Of a DNA stretch of 64,000 nt, positions 18,510 to 28,325 are shown piece by piece. This DNA comes from a virus: the IMG/VR virus record IMGVR_UViG_3300023174_000050, positions 1 to 64,000 of that record; one strand, 5' to 3'. Under the pieces are notes generated by a model, which was not told where the DNA came from, ran no database searches, and saw only the letters and a program-made list of their open reading frames with translations. The position numbers and the translations under genes were made by a program. Position 1 is the stretch's first letter, and the number at the start of each line of letters is the position of its first letter.

Positions 18510-19258
18510 ACATAACCGGATTAAAAATTAGAAATGGTGTAAAGATACAAAAAGGTATTGCGCCATTGCCCACACTACGAGGCAGTTTAAGTTTTAACGG
18601 CTCTAATCAATATTTGAGTTTAAATCCGGGTTTAACTATGAGCGCTGGAGCTTTTACAATAGAAGGCTGGTTTTATAATAATAGCGATTTTACTTCCAGG
18701 GGATGGTTAGGTACTACCAATGAATATGGTATGCATCTATTTACAACTGACGATTATAATATCATGTTAGATGTATCTGGCGGACATGGCACAATAACTT
18801 ATACTTGGTCTCCTGGAACATTACAAACAAACACATGGCAATATATTATTTTAAACCGCAACCCCAATGGTTTAGAAACAATGTATGTGGGCACATTGGG
18901 TAGTCCAGGTGCACCTGTTACATGCTATCGTGCATCATTTGCAGCAGGCAATTTTGATCCTACTAGTTTTCCTGCAGGAACTTGTATAGATTCGTATGAT
19001 TGGTATGGTTCATCTGATCAAGTGGGTAAATACTATGGTGGATATTTTCCCGGTTACATAACTAATTTTAGAGTTACTATAGGTGAAGCACGATATGATA
19101 CGAATGATGGTACTGTGTTAGCACCAAGTTCAGAATTGACAAGTGATGTTTATACGCAATACTTAATGTTGGGCGATGCTGTTACTACAGATGCAGCAGG
19201 TATACAAACTGTTACTAATAACAACGGTGTAACTGCGGTTGTATCTAAACCATTCTAA
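18506..19258 (+). CDS. LamG/concanavalin A-like lectin domain virion protein
   Basis: SLSFNGSNQYL, FTIEGWFY, WQYIILNR, GYITNFRV. Confidence 0.8.
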   Translation: MNITGLKIRNGVKIQKGIAPLPTLRGSLSFNGSNQYLSLNPGLTMSAGAFTIEGWFYNNSDFTSRGWLGTTNEYGMHLFTTDDYNIMLDVSGGHGTITYTWSPGTLQTNTWQYIILNRNPNGLETMYVGTLGSPGAPVTCYRASFAAGNFDPTSFPAGTCIDSYDWYGSSDQVGKYYGGYFPGYITNFRVTIGEARYDTNDGTVLAPSSELTSDVYTQYLMLGDAVTTDAAGIQTVTNNNGVTAVVSKPF

Positions 19259-19261
19259 ATT

Positions 19262-20017
19262 ATGATCTTTGCTATAATTTTATTATTAACAGCGTTGGCA
19301 ATTTCAGGTATAGCAGGTTATTTTTCAATTATAGGATTAGCGCATATATTCTCAGCTAATCCGTTGCCTATTATTGTAATGGGATGCGTGTTGGAAGTAG
19401 GCAAACTGGTAACCGCTTCTTTTGTATACAGACAATGGGACAAAATTAACGTTGTATTAAAAACATATTTTGTTGCGAGTGTGGTCGTACTTTCAATCAT
19501 CACATCCTTAGGTATATTTGGTTACTTATCCAAATCATATACATCGGATTCTGCAGGTATTTACGATAGCGAAACCAAATTAAACACCACACAAAATTTA
19601 ATAGAGATTGAACGTAAAAGATTAGATAATTTACTACAGCAACAGGCAAAAAGAGATGCGCCTAATAAAAGAATAGAATTGGATATTAGAGAATCTCAGA
19701 ACAAAATATCCGAACTGACAAAAGAAATTGGTGTTGTTCAAAAGGATAAAAACAAACAAAATTCAGAAATAGGTCCCATACGATATATTTCCGAATTGGT
19801 ATATCAAAAGAATGATATGGAAACAATTGACAAGGCAGTTCGTTTAATAATAATGTCTTTGATGTTTGTATTTGATCCGTTGGCTATTTTATTAGTTGTT
19901 GCAGCCAATATGCTATTAAAGGCAGAACGGCGCAAACCTAAGGCCAGATTCACACGGAATTCTATAGAAATCGACAAAAGTGCTGTTTTTAACATTAAAA
20001 ACAAAGACATGGATTAA
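19262..20017 (+). CDS. Membrane protein with periplasmic coiled coil
   Basis: 3 N-terminal TM helices (LEVGKLV, GIFGYLSK), coiled coil, GPIRYI, FVFDPLAILL. Confidence 0.75.
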   Translation: MIFAIILLLTALAISGIAGYFSIIGLAHIFSANPLPIIVMGCVLEVGKLVTASFVYRQWDKINVVLKTYFVASVVVLSIITSLGIFGYLSKSYTSDSAGIYDSETKLNTTQNLIEIERKRLDNLLQQQAKRDAPNKRIELDIRESQNKISELTKEIGVVQKDKNKQNSEIGPIRYISELVYQKNDMETIDKAVRLIIMSLMFVFDPLAILLVVAANMLLKAERRKPKARFTRNSIEIDKSAVFNIKNKDMD

Positions 20018-20025
20018 TATAAATA
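20018..20025 (+). promoter_or_regulatory. T4-type late promoter
   Basis: Intergenic TATAAATA. Confidence 0.65.
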
Positions 20026-20044
20026 TATAAAACGAGGAATTTCT

Positions 20045-20203
20045 ATGGCACTTACAAGAATAAAATCATCGGGATTTAGCGCAAACACTGTTGTTGGTCT
20101 AATTGTTGCAGGCAACGGCGTTAATGTTACTTCAAACAATATTACCAATAGTATTGTTATTAGTGTAGATATTTTGCATCCATTTCTAACAATGGGAGTT
20201 TAA
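20045..20203 (+). CDS. Tiny virion protein (52 aa, not in ORF track)
   Basis: GAGGA SD; MALTRIKSSG...ILHPFLTMGV*. Confidence 0.7.
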   Translation: MALTRIKSSGFSANTVVGLIVAGNGVNVTSNNITNSIVISVDILHPFLTMGV

Positions 20204-20210
20204 GGAACAA

Positions 20211-20540
20211 ATGGCAACCACTTATAAAATCTTAGGTCAATCTGCACCTATCGCAAACACATATACAGATATGTATGCTGTCCCTGCAGCTACACAAGCA
20301 GTTATATCAACATTAAATGTTTGTAATACAAATGCATCTAATGTGTCATTTAGAGTATTGGCAAGACAAGCCAATGCGGCAATTACATCTAAACAATTTA
20401 TTGCATATGATGTTCCTATTGGTGCACAAGATGCAATAGGATTAACATTAGGCATGACTCTAGGAGCACTTGATGTTATTACAGTACATTCTGTACAAGG
20501 CAATGTGGTATTTAACTTATTTGGTACTGAAATAAGCTAA
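20211..20540 (+). CDS. 109-aa beta-rich virion protein, paralog of 27996-28325
   Basis: YKILGQ.AP.A....D.Y.VP...VISTL.VCN...AYDV...LTLG.T...FNLFG.EI. Confidence 0.8.
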   Translation: MATTYKILGQSAPIANTYTDMYAVPAATQAVISTLNVCNTNASNVSFRVLARQANAAITSKQFIAYDVPIGAQDAIGLTLGMTLGALDVITVHSVQGNVVFNLFGTEIS

Positions 20541-21415
20541 TGGCTATCAAAAGACATAGTGCCAGATCATTACAAAGTAAAAATTTAAATTATAATCTCA
20601 CCATTGTTGCTGGTCCAACAGTATCAAGTATACAATACATACTTGTTGCAGGTGGCGGTGGCGGTGGTGGTAGAGGTGATGTATATGGTGGCGGTGGCGG
20701 TGGTGCTGGCGGATATCTTTCATCAATCGCAGGAGAATCCTCTGGTGGCGGTACATCTGCACAGTCTGCTATCAGTGTAACTTCAGGCGCAGCATTTACA
20801 GTAACTATAGGCGCCGGTGGTAACAGCGGGGGTGGCGGCGAGGAATCCCCTGGTTTTACTGGAGCAAATAGTCTAATCAGCGGACCATCTATATCAACTA
20901 TTACCGCAATAGGAGGCGGTGGCGGTGGAGGCAATAGTATTACCGGTAAAGACGGTGGATCTGGCGGTGGTGGTGGAAATACTTATGGAAACGGGGCTGC
21001 TGGTCAAGGATATAGAGGCGGTTTAGCATCTCCGGGATTAACAGGTGGCGGCGGTGGTGGTGGAGCTGGTGCAGTGGGCGGGCAGGGAGAAGCCGGTGTT
21101 GGGGGAATAGGCGTAAAAACTAATATTTTTGGTCCAGACGTATATCACGCCGGGGGTGGTGGCGGTGCTGGTAATGGTGTACACGGTGCCGGTGGCACTG
21201 GTGGCGGTGGCGGTGGCGGCAATAATGTGCCCGGAAGCGTAAATACTGGCGGTGGTGGTTCCAATTATCTCGGTGTAGGTGGTCCGGGTGTGGCATATAT
21301 AGTTTATCCATCTGCATTTGCAAATTTATCAAACACTGTTGGCAATGTAACATATACTGCCACAAATGGATATAAAATTTACAAATTTAATTCTTCTGGA
21401 AGTTTTACAATTTAA
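20540..21415 (+). CDS. Glycine-rich domain protein
   Basis: QYILVAGGGG...; basic N-terminus MAIKRHSARS. Confidence 0.85.
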   Translation: MAIKRHSARSLQSKNLNYNLTIVAGPTVSSIQYILVAGGGGGGGRGDVYGGGGGGAGGYLSSIAGESSGGGTSAQSAISVTSGAAFTVTIGAGGNSGGGGEESPGFTGANSLISGPSISTITAIGGGGGGGNSITGKDGGSGGGGGNTYGNGAAGQGYRGGLASPGLTGGGGGGGAGAVGGQGEAGVGGIGVKTNIFGPDVYHAGGGGGAGNGVHGAGGTGGGGGGGNNVPGSVNTGGGGSNYLGVGGPGVAYIVYPSAFANLSNTVGNVTYTATNGYKIYKFNSSGSFTI

Positions 21416-21427
21416 TTTAAGAATAAA

Positions 21428-23230
21428 ATGAAATCCGCAGGTTATAGCTCAAAAACTTTTCGAACTAAAAAATTCAATACATCGAATCTAAATATAGTTG
21501 CGGCAAACGCAAATATAATAGCACCTAGGTTTGTGTTTTATAATCCTCCCGTATCATCTTCGCCCTCGCCTAGTCCGCCTGCATTTTCTTTTGATTATTT
21601 TATTGTTGCTGGAGGTGGCGGTGGGGGTTCTGGGGATTATTCCGGCGGAGGCGGCGCCGGCGGTGTAATTTATTCTGAAAATTATACTGGTACAGCAATA
21701 ACAGGAGCAACATATACTGTTACTGTGGGTAGCGGTGGTTCTTTTTCTCAAAATGGAACAAATTCTAGTATAATTAGTCCGGCAATAAGTTTCGTTGCTG
21801 TAGGTGGCGGCGCTGGCGGATCTTCTTTTGCAATAGGAAATCCCGGTGGTTCTGGTGGCGGCGGTGGTGCATCTACAAGGTATGCTGGTGGCGCAAATAT
21901 TTTAGGGCAAGGGTATGCAGGTGGTACTGGTGGGACAAATGAAATAGGTGGCGGCGGAGGCGGTGCTGGCGGTACAGGTGTACCCGGTACATCTGGAGCA
22001 ACAGGAGGTTCCGGCGTATATTATACAATCACCACATCAAACGTGGTATATGCTGCCGGAGGCGGTGGTGGCGCTGTGGCAACAGGTGTCGGAGGAACAG
22101 GTGGTTCCGGTATAGGTGGATCAGGTTATCGTAATGGAATCGCAGCAACTCCGGGGTTTACCAACACCGGTAGTGGCGGTGGTGGCGGAGGTTATAATAT
22201 GAATGCCTTGGGTGGTCTTGGCGCACCCGGCATAGTTGTAATTAAAACAACTTCTGCAGATTTATCAAGTGTAGGTTCAGTTTCTACCACAGGTGCACCA
22301 AATGTTATAGTATCGGGTGCAAATACAATTTACACATTTAATCAATCAGGCACACTTCAATTTCGATTGCAATTGACTTTACAATATTTACTTGTTGCAG
22401 GTGGCGGCGGTGGCGGCGGGTCATATTATGCTGGAGGTGGCGGCGCCGGAGGTTATATAGCTAATAGTGTTATAATACCAAGTGGAACGTCATATAGCTT
22501 TACCGTTACAATAGGAGCCGGCGGCGGCGGCGGAGGTCCTAGTGCAGCGGGGACAAATGGTACGCCTTCAACTGCTAATATTAACTCCCTGAGCACAGTG
22601 ACTGCTGTGGGTGGCGGCGGTGGTGGTTCAAATAATGGCATTGACTTTATTGGAAAAAATGGTGGTTCAGGGGGCGGTGGAGCAAATCCAACATCATCTC
22701 CCAAGCCCGCCGCACCAGGTGGGACAGGTACAGCTGGACAGGGAAATCCCGGTGCTGCTCCGAACTCAAGAACTGGTCAAGGAAATTCAGTATATGGTGG
22801 CGGCGGTGGTGGCGCTGGTACTGCAGGAAAAACTGGAACACTTCAAGGATATGGTGGAGACGGTAATGCGTGGATTAATGGTACTTATTATGCCGGCGGG
22901 GGTGGAGGTGGCGCAGATTATAATTATTCACCTATTACTCCTAGTCCCGGTGGCTTAGGTGGGGGAGGCAGGAGTGCAGGCGAAAACCCTCCAGGTACAG
23001 TATTCCTTGCTCTTGCTGGTAACGTAAACACAGGTGGTGGTGGTGGTGGTGCTACACACACCGCAGGTGGGGCAACCAATGGAGGATCCGGCGGCTCAGG
23101 TATAGCTATTTTTGCACATCCCACAGCATTTGCAGCAACATCCAATTATACAAATGCAAATGTGATAACAACTGGCGGCACCGTATACTACATATTTACT
23201 GGTCCTGGAACAATAACATTGAGCCAATAG
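21428..23230 (+). CDS. Tandem two-domain glycine-rich protein
   Basis: Two complete Gly-rich domains (FDYFIVAGGG..., LQYLLVAGGG...); the second matches 14858 and 15802. Confidence 0.85.
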   Translation: MKSAGYSSKTFRTKKFNTSNLNIVAANANIIAPRFVFYNPPVSSSPSPSPPAFSFDYFIVAGGGGGGSGDYSGGGGAGGVIYSENYTGTAITGATYTVTVGSGGSFSQNGTNSSIISPAISFVAVGGGAGGSSFAIGNPGGSGGGGGASTRYAGGANILGQGYAGGTGGTNEIGGGGGGAGGTGVPGTSGATGGSGVYYTITTSNVVYAAGGGGGAVATGVGGTGGSGIGGSGYRNGIAATPGFTNTGSGGGGGGYNMNALGGLGAPGIVVIKTTSADLSSVGSVSTTGAPNVIVSGANTIYTFNQSGTLQFRLQLTLQYLLVAGGGGGGGSYYAGGGGAGGYIANSVIIPSGTSYSFTVTIGAGGGGGGPSAAGTNGTPSTANINSLSTVTAVGGGGGGSNNGIDFIGKNGGSGGGGANPTSSPKPAAPGGTGTAGQGNPGAAPNSRTGQGNSVYGGGGGGAGTAGKTGTLQGYGGDGNAWINGTYYAGGGGGGADYNYSPITPSPGGLGGGGRSAGENPPGTVFLALAGNVNTGGGGGGATHTAGGATNGGSGGSGIAIFAHPTAFAATSNYTNANVITTGGTVYYIFTGPGTITLSQ

Positions 23231-23247
23231 TATAAAATATTGAATTA

Positions 23248-23255
23248 TATAAATA
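23248..23255 (+). promoter_or_regulatory. T4-type late promoter
   Basis: Intergenic TATAAATA. Confidence 0.6.
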
Positions 23256-23278
23256 TAAGTATAAACTAAAAGAACAAG

Positions 23279-23737
23279 ATGCGTAGAATACAAAGTACAC
23301 AAATAGGCGCGGGCACGGGTGTTATTGATAGCGTATTGGCTATTGATTCCAATACAAATCCTGCGTTTAGATATATTGCACCAAATTATGCGTTAGATGA
23401 TGTATCATATCAGTTTGACGGTACAGCAACAGTATTTGGACTAACACTTGATACTGCGAATATTTCTACGGTGATAAATACTTCAATAGTAGATTCAAAA
23501 GATGTTGATGTGGCGATAAATGGTATGGTTTTAATGCCATATGTGAAACAATTAACCTGGCCTTGGATAACCCCTTACGATTCTTTTAGAGGTTATAGAG
23601 TGGTAGATGATAAAATTATTTTTTATACTGCACCAACGCCGGGAACACAATGTTCTATAATTCTTCGCAACACAAGCAAATCAGCACAACAAAGACGCTA
23701 CCCCTTTACCCCAAATAGCATAGCCCTAGGAGATTAA
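23279..23737 (+). CDS. Putative virion structural protein
   Basis: LDDVSYQFDG..TVF.L and I.FYTAP..G motifs typical of phage structural repeats. Confidence 0.6.
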   Translation: MRRIQSTQIGAGTGVIDSVLAIDSNTNPAFRYIAPNYALDDVSYQFDGTATVFGLTLDTANISTVINTSIVDSKDVDVAINGMVLMPYVKQLTWPWITPYDSFRGYRVVDDKIIFYTAPTPGTQCSIILRNTSKSAQQRRYPFTPNSIALGD

Positions 23738-23743
23738 ACCAAA

Positions 23744-26575
23744 ATGGCAAAACATGTAATATTAGAAAGTTACACATTCAATCCAACTACCAGAACGGTG
23801 ACGGTGAATGGTAAAAATATCCGCAGAGAACAGTTATTATTGATTACAAACGTAACACGTAATACTGTTATCTATAATTTTAGTGATCCCAATTTAACTG
23901 CCACTTCATATACAAATGCAACCTCTACAATCGGCCCTGGCGGTGGCATATTAGAAACAACTACAATTATATTGAATTATAATACTGCAGCAATGAGCAG
24001 TTCTGATAAGTTAAGTATTCTTGTTGAAGAAACTTATCAGGAATTTATACCTGCAGAAACCTATATGGATCCTGTCGGTAAGATGAGAATGTCTGAGCCA
24101 CAATCATTAATTGATACTGACTTTGAGTATGGTATACAACCAACAAAATGGGAAAGTATTACATTACTCGATAACAGACCAACTGCATTTTACAATGCAC
24201 AGGGTTCAATGACGTTCTCAAATATTACTGGGTCTTATCAGGGAAATACCTCAGTATTAGTTGCTACTGCAGATACTGTTACTCCTAATCTTTATATTGG
24301 TGCTCCTATATTCATACAAGGCTCACAGGATGCAGGTAACGTTGACGGTTGGTGGATTGTTGAAACTCTAGGTAACAACGCATACTTCACATTCAGAACA
24401 ACAGGTATTCCTGCATGGCCATTATATGATAGTACAAAAACAATTATCTATTCTGGTGCATATTATACTGGATCAGCAATCAACGTAAATAACGTATCAG
24501 TTACATCTAACGTTATTACAATTTCAACAACTAACTCTCATGGTTTTGAAATAGGAAATCCTATTTGGATTAATAATACTACCGGTGTTGGTATGTTGAA
24601 CGGTCCTTGGATAGTAGCAACTGTCCCAACAAGTAATTTATTAACAGCAAACGGTTATAACTTTACAGGTGCAGGCCCATTAGTTGCAACTAATTCTCCA
24701 TTTGCATCTAATGTATTATTCGCAAGACCAACAAGTTATGTTCAACACAGAGCATTTGATGGTGGCGTGCAGATGACAAACCAAGGCTCATCTCATGGTT
24801 GGCAAGTTATTAGACAGACCCGCAGATATTTCCGTTACCAATCAGGTAAAGGTATTCAATTTAGTACAGGTTCAATTATAAAACCTGCATTAGCTGTTGA
24901 TACTTTGACATCTGTAGGCACTACAGTTACAGTAAATTGTAGACAAACGCATGGATTGAATCCAGGTGCCAACATTGTTGTTACTGGGGCAAATGAAACT
25001 GCATATAACGGAACATATACAGTTGCTTCAACATTAAATCCATTGACATTTACTTATACTGCAGCAACTTCGCCTACTGCTACTCCTGCAACAGGATTCC
25101 CAATAACTGTTTCACCTTCCGCATGGTATGGATCTAAAACTCGTATCGGAATGTTTGACACTCAAAATGGTTTCTTCTTCGAATTCGATGGTCAAACATT
25201 ATATACTGTTAAGAGATCTAGTACTCAACAAATTGCTGGTTCAGTTACGGTTAATCCTGGTTCACCCATAGTAACAGGTGTTAACACAAGATTTTCTACA
25301 CAACTACTTCCTCAAGATTTTATTGTAATCAGAGGCATGAGCTATATGGTTCAGACTATCATAAGTGATACTCAACTAATAATAGCTCCTGAATATAGAG
25401 GATCTGTTAGCGCAATAAAATGTCTAGTATCTAAAACCATTGATGTTAGATATGCACAATCTTCATGGAACATTGATACTTGCGACGGCAATGGTGCAAG
25501 TTTATTTAATTTAGATTTGACTAAAATGCAAATGTTCTATATCGATTATTCTTGGTATGGTGCAGGTGCTGTTAGATTTGGATTTAAAAATAATAGAGGC
25601 GAGGTAATATATTGCCATCGTATCACCAATAACAATACAAATACTGAAGCGTATATGCGTTCTGGTAATATGTGTGCAAGATATGAAACTAATACGTTGG
25701 CTCCATATTCTAGTTTAACTGCCTCAATATCTAGTGGATCAGGTACAGGATCCACATTTACCGTGGCGGATGCATCAGGATTCCCGCCAGCAGGTACAGT
25801 TATGGTTACTGCTTCAGGTAATCAAAGTGCCGCAATTGAATATATTTCATATTCGGCAAAATCTGCAAACACGTTCACTATTGCAAATAGAGCAGTTTTT
25901 GGTGGTCAAAGTACCGCACAACAATTTACATATTCAGCAACAGCCCCTATTGGAGTAACATTAGCTGCACCGCAGAATGCGGTAACAATATCACATTGGG
26001 GGTCATCTGTTATTATGGATGGTAAATACGACGATGATAAATCGCTGGTATTTAACATTGGACAAAACAATCCATTACAAAATTTACCAAATAATAGCAG
26101 ATACGCAATTATCAGTCTTCGTATTGCTCCGAGCGTTGATAATGGTTTTGTTGGTCAATTAGGCCAAAGAGAAATTGTTAATCGTATGCAATTGATTTTA
26201 CGCCAAATGGATGCTTTAACAACGGCTCCTTACCGTATTGATGTTATATTGAACGGTACACCTACTTCAGGGACTTGGACTAATGTGGGCGGATCAAGTT
26301 TGGCGCAGTATGTCTTGCATGCAAATGCGACTCCAATAGTTGGCGGTGAAAGCATGTTCTCATTCTTTACCAATACTGCTGGACAAACACAACAGGACAT
26401 GACAATTGCAAGAGATCTTGGAACAAGTATTTTAGGTGGCGGAGCAACTACTGCAATCAATACTGCATTGGGCAAATATCCCGATGGACCAGATGTTATT
26501 ACAATTTGTGCAACAGCACTTAGCCCTATAGGTAACATTTTCTCTCGTGTAAGTTGGACTGAAGCACAGGCTTAA
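23744..26575 (+). CDS. Large beta-rich virion structural protein (943 aa)
   Basis: YTFNP..RTV start; GKMRMSEPQSLIDTDFEYGIQPTKWE; HGF/HGL beta repeats; RYQSGKG; DYSWYGAG. Confidence 0.75.
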   Translation: MAKHVILESYTFNPTTRTVTVNGKNIRREQLLLITNVTRNTVIYNFSDPNLTATSYTNATSTIGPGGGILETTTIILNYNTAAMSSSDKLSILVEETYQEFIPAETYMDPVGKMRMSEPQSLIDTDFEYGIQPTKWESITLLDNRPTAFYNAQGSMTFSNITGSYQGNTSVLVATADTVTPNLYIGAPIFIQGSQDAGNVDGWWIVETLGNNAYFTFRTTGIPAWPLYDSTKTIIYSGAYYTGSAINVNNVSVTSNVITISTTNSHGFEIGNPIWINNTTGVGMLNGPWIVATVPTSNLLTANGYNFTGAGPLVATNSPFASNVLFARPTSYVQHRAFDGGVQMTNQGSSHGWQVIRQTRRYFRYQSGKGIQFSTGSIIKPALAVDTLTSVGTTVTVNCRQTHGLNPGANIVVTGANETAYNGTYTVASTLNPLTFTYTAATSPTATPATGFPITVSPSAWYGSKTRIGMFDTQNGFFFEFDGQTLYTVKRSSTQQIAGSVTVNPGSPIVTGVNTRFSTQLLPQDFIVIRGMSYMVQTIISDTQLIIAPEYRGSVSAIKCLVSKTIDVRYAQSSWNIDTCDGNGASLFNLDLTKMQMFYIDYSWYGAGAVRFGFKNNRGEVIYCHRITNNNTNTEAYMRSGNMCARYETNTLAPYSSLTASISSGSGTGSTFTVADASGFPPAGTVMVTASGNQSAAIEYISYSAKSANTFTIANRAVFGGQSTAQQFTYSATAPIGVTLAAPQNAVTISHWGSSVIMDGKYDDDKSLVFNIGQNNPLQNLPNNSRYAIISLRIAPSVDNGFVGQLGQREIVNRMQLILRQMDALTTAPYRIDVILNGTPTSGTWTNVGGSSLAQYVLHANATPIVGGESMFSFFTNTAGQTQQDMTIARDLGTSILGGGATTAINTALGKYPDGPDVITICATALSPIGNIFSRVSWTEAQA

Positions 26576-26578
26576 TCA

Positions 26579-27835
26579 ATGGCACATATAGTATCTACAA
26601 CCCAGCCCCCATCGGGAGCTCTCGGGGATGAATGGTATAATCCCGCAACTAATATTTTATACAAATACTTGGCTTTTGGTGGAACTACACCTTCATGGAT
26701 AGCCAATCCGGGTGTAGTAAAAATTAATTCATTTTCCTATCCGGCAGGTGTAACAAGTTTAAGCACTGCGGGCAATCTGTCTATCACAGTTAATGGATCT
26801 GGATTTAATTCCGGAATACAAATATTTCTAGGTTCAATAAAATGTGCAACAACATTTATAAGCCCTACACAGTTAGTATTTGCAGCTCCGGTAAGTAATG
26901 TAGGCAATTATTTGCTTTATGCTTATAATACCGATGGTAGTTCTGCTGTATTGCCTGCAGGAATAACATATGTAGCTGCCGCCGCGGCATTTTCAATAGA
27001 ATACTTAGTAGTAGCAGGTGGCGGTGCAGGTGGCAACACCGCTGGCGGCGGCGGCGGCGGTGGAGGATTTAGAACTGCTACAACTGTCTCTGTTACTCCC
27101 GGATCTCCTATAGTAATTACAGTTGGAGGTGGCGGAACTACTGCACCCACATTTGGAGCCAACGGAACAGATTCCACCATGACTGGAACAGGAACAAATT
27201 TTGCTAATGTACTTGCATCTGGCGGTGGCGGTGGCGGAACATATTCTGCCACACCCGCAAACAGACACGGTAGATCAGGTGGTTCTGGAGGTGGTGGTGG
27301 CGGTTATGTATCTGCAGGCGATCAAACCATTGGACAGCCAGGCACCGGCAATGCCGGCGGGTACAGTCCGGTAGAAGGATTTGCAGGTGGAACTGGCGCC
27401 ACCTTTGGTGCTGGCGGCGGTGGCGCTGGTGCTGTAGGCGGCAACGGTAGTGCTAGTGCTGCAGGAGCAGGGGGTGCCGGATCACCTTCTTCAATAACAG
27501 GTATAGGTTCTAATGTGTATTATGCTGGCGGTGGTGGTGCGTCCGGTGATAGTTATGGTGGTTCGGATGGTGGTATTGGCGGTGGCGGTCGAGGACAGCC
27601 TTCTGCTGGCGGCGCAACTAATGTAAATGGTACTATAAACACCGGCGGCGGCGGCGGAGGTGGTGGTGGTCAAAGTGGTGCAGGAGGATTTGGTCAAGGT
27701 GGTGCAGGAGTAGTTATTGTACGTCATCCATCTGCATACCCCACTGCAAATACTACAGGATCCAATGTGGTTGTTGCAAGTTCGGGTGGATTTGTTGTAT
27801 ACAAATACTTTAGCTCAGGTACAATAACATTCTAA
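26579..27835 (+). CDS. IPT/TIG plus glycine-rich domain protein
   Basis: P....GDEWYNP start, ITVNGSGF IPT domain, EYLVVAGGG Gly-rich domain. Confidence 0.82.
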   Translation: MAHIVSTTQPPSGALGDEWYNPATNILYKYLAFGGTTPSWIANPGVVKINSFSYPAGVTSLSTAGNLSITVNGSGFNSGIQIFLGSIKCATTFISPTQLVFAAPVSNVGNYLLYAYNTDGSSAVLPAGITYVAAAAAFSIEYLVVAGGGAGGNTAGGGGGGGGFRTATTVSVTPGSPIVITVGGGGTTAPTFGANGTDSTMTGTGTNFANVLASGGGGGGTYSATPANRHGRSGGSGGGGGGYVSAGDQTIGQPGTGNAGGYSPVEGFAGGTGATFGAGGGGAGAVGGNGSASAAGAGGAGSPSSITGIGSNVYYAGGGGASGDSYGGSDGGIGGGGRGQPSAGGATNVNGTINTGGGGGGGGGQSGAGGFGQGGAGVVIVRHPSAYPTANTTGSNVVVASSGGFVVYKYFSSGTITF

Positions 27836-27845
27836 GAATATAAAA

Positions 27846-27986
27846 ATGACAACAAAAATAGTATTATCACAAATAACCGCTCCTGGCACAGTACCTGGAC
27901 AACTTCTATCAACACAACAAAGCGGAAACGTTATTATTGTAGTTGCAAGTGAAGATGTTGACAGTTTTTTGCTTGCGGGAATGTAA
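27846..27986 (+). CDS. Tiny virion protein (46 aa, not in ORF track)
   Basis: MTTKIVLSQI...DSFLLAGM*; same position and similar end as 20045. Confidence 0.65.
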   Translation: MTTKIVLSQITAPGTVPGQLLSTQQSGNVIIVVASEDVDSFLLAGM

Positions 27987-27995
27987 GGAAAACAA

Positions 27996-28325
27996 ATGGC
28001 AAAAGCATATAAAGTTTTAGGGCAAGCATTACCAAATCCTGCATCATATGCAGATTTATACTTAGTACCTGCAGGAGCAAGTGCAGTTGTATCTACATTA
28101 GCAGTATGTAATACATCTGCGGCGAATGTGACATTTAGAGCAGCTGTTAGAAAAGGCGGAAATGCTTTAACTACTGCACAATTTTTTGCATATGATGTGG
28201 CGCTTCCTGCTCAAGATACAGTAGGATTGACACTTGGTATTACTATGGCATCTGCAGATGTATTAACAGTATATTCATTTGCAGGGAATGTCACATTTAA
28301 CTTATTTGGTGCAGAGATAACCTAA
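27996..28325 (+). CDS. 109-aa beta-rich virion protein, paralog of 20211-20540
   Basis: Colinear same-length alignment with 20211. Confidence 0.8.
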   Translation: MAKAYKVLGQALPNPASYADLYLVPAGASAVVSTLAVCNTSAANVTFRAAVRKGGNALTTAQFFAYDVALPAQDTVGLTLGITMASADVLTVYSFAGNVTFNLFGAEIT

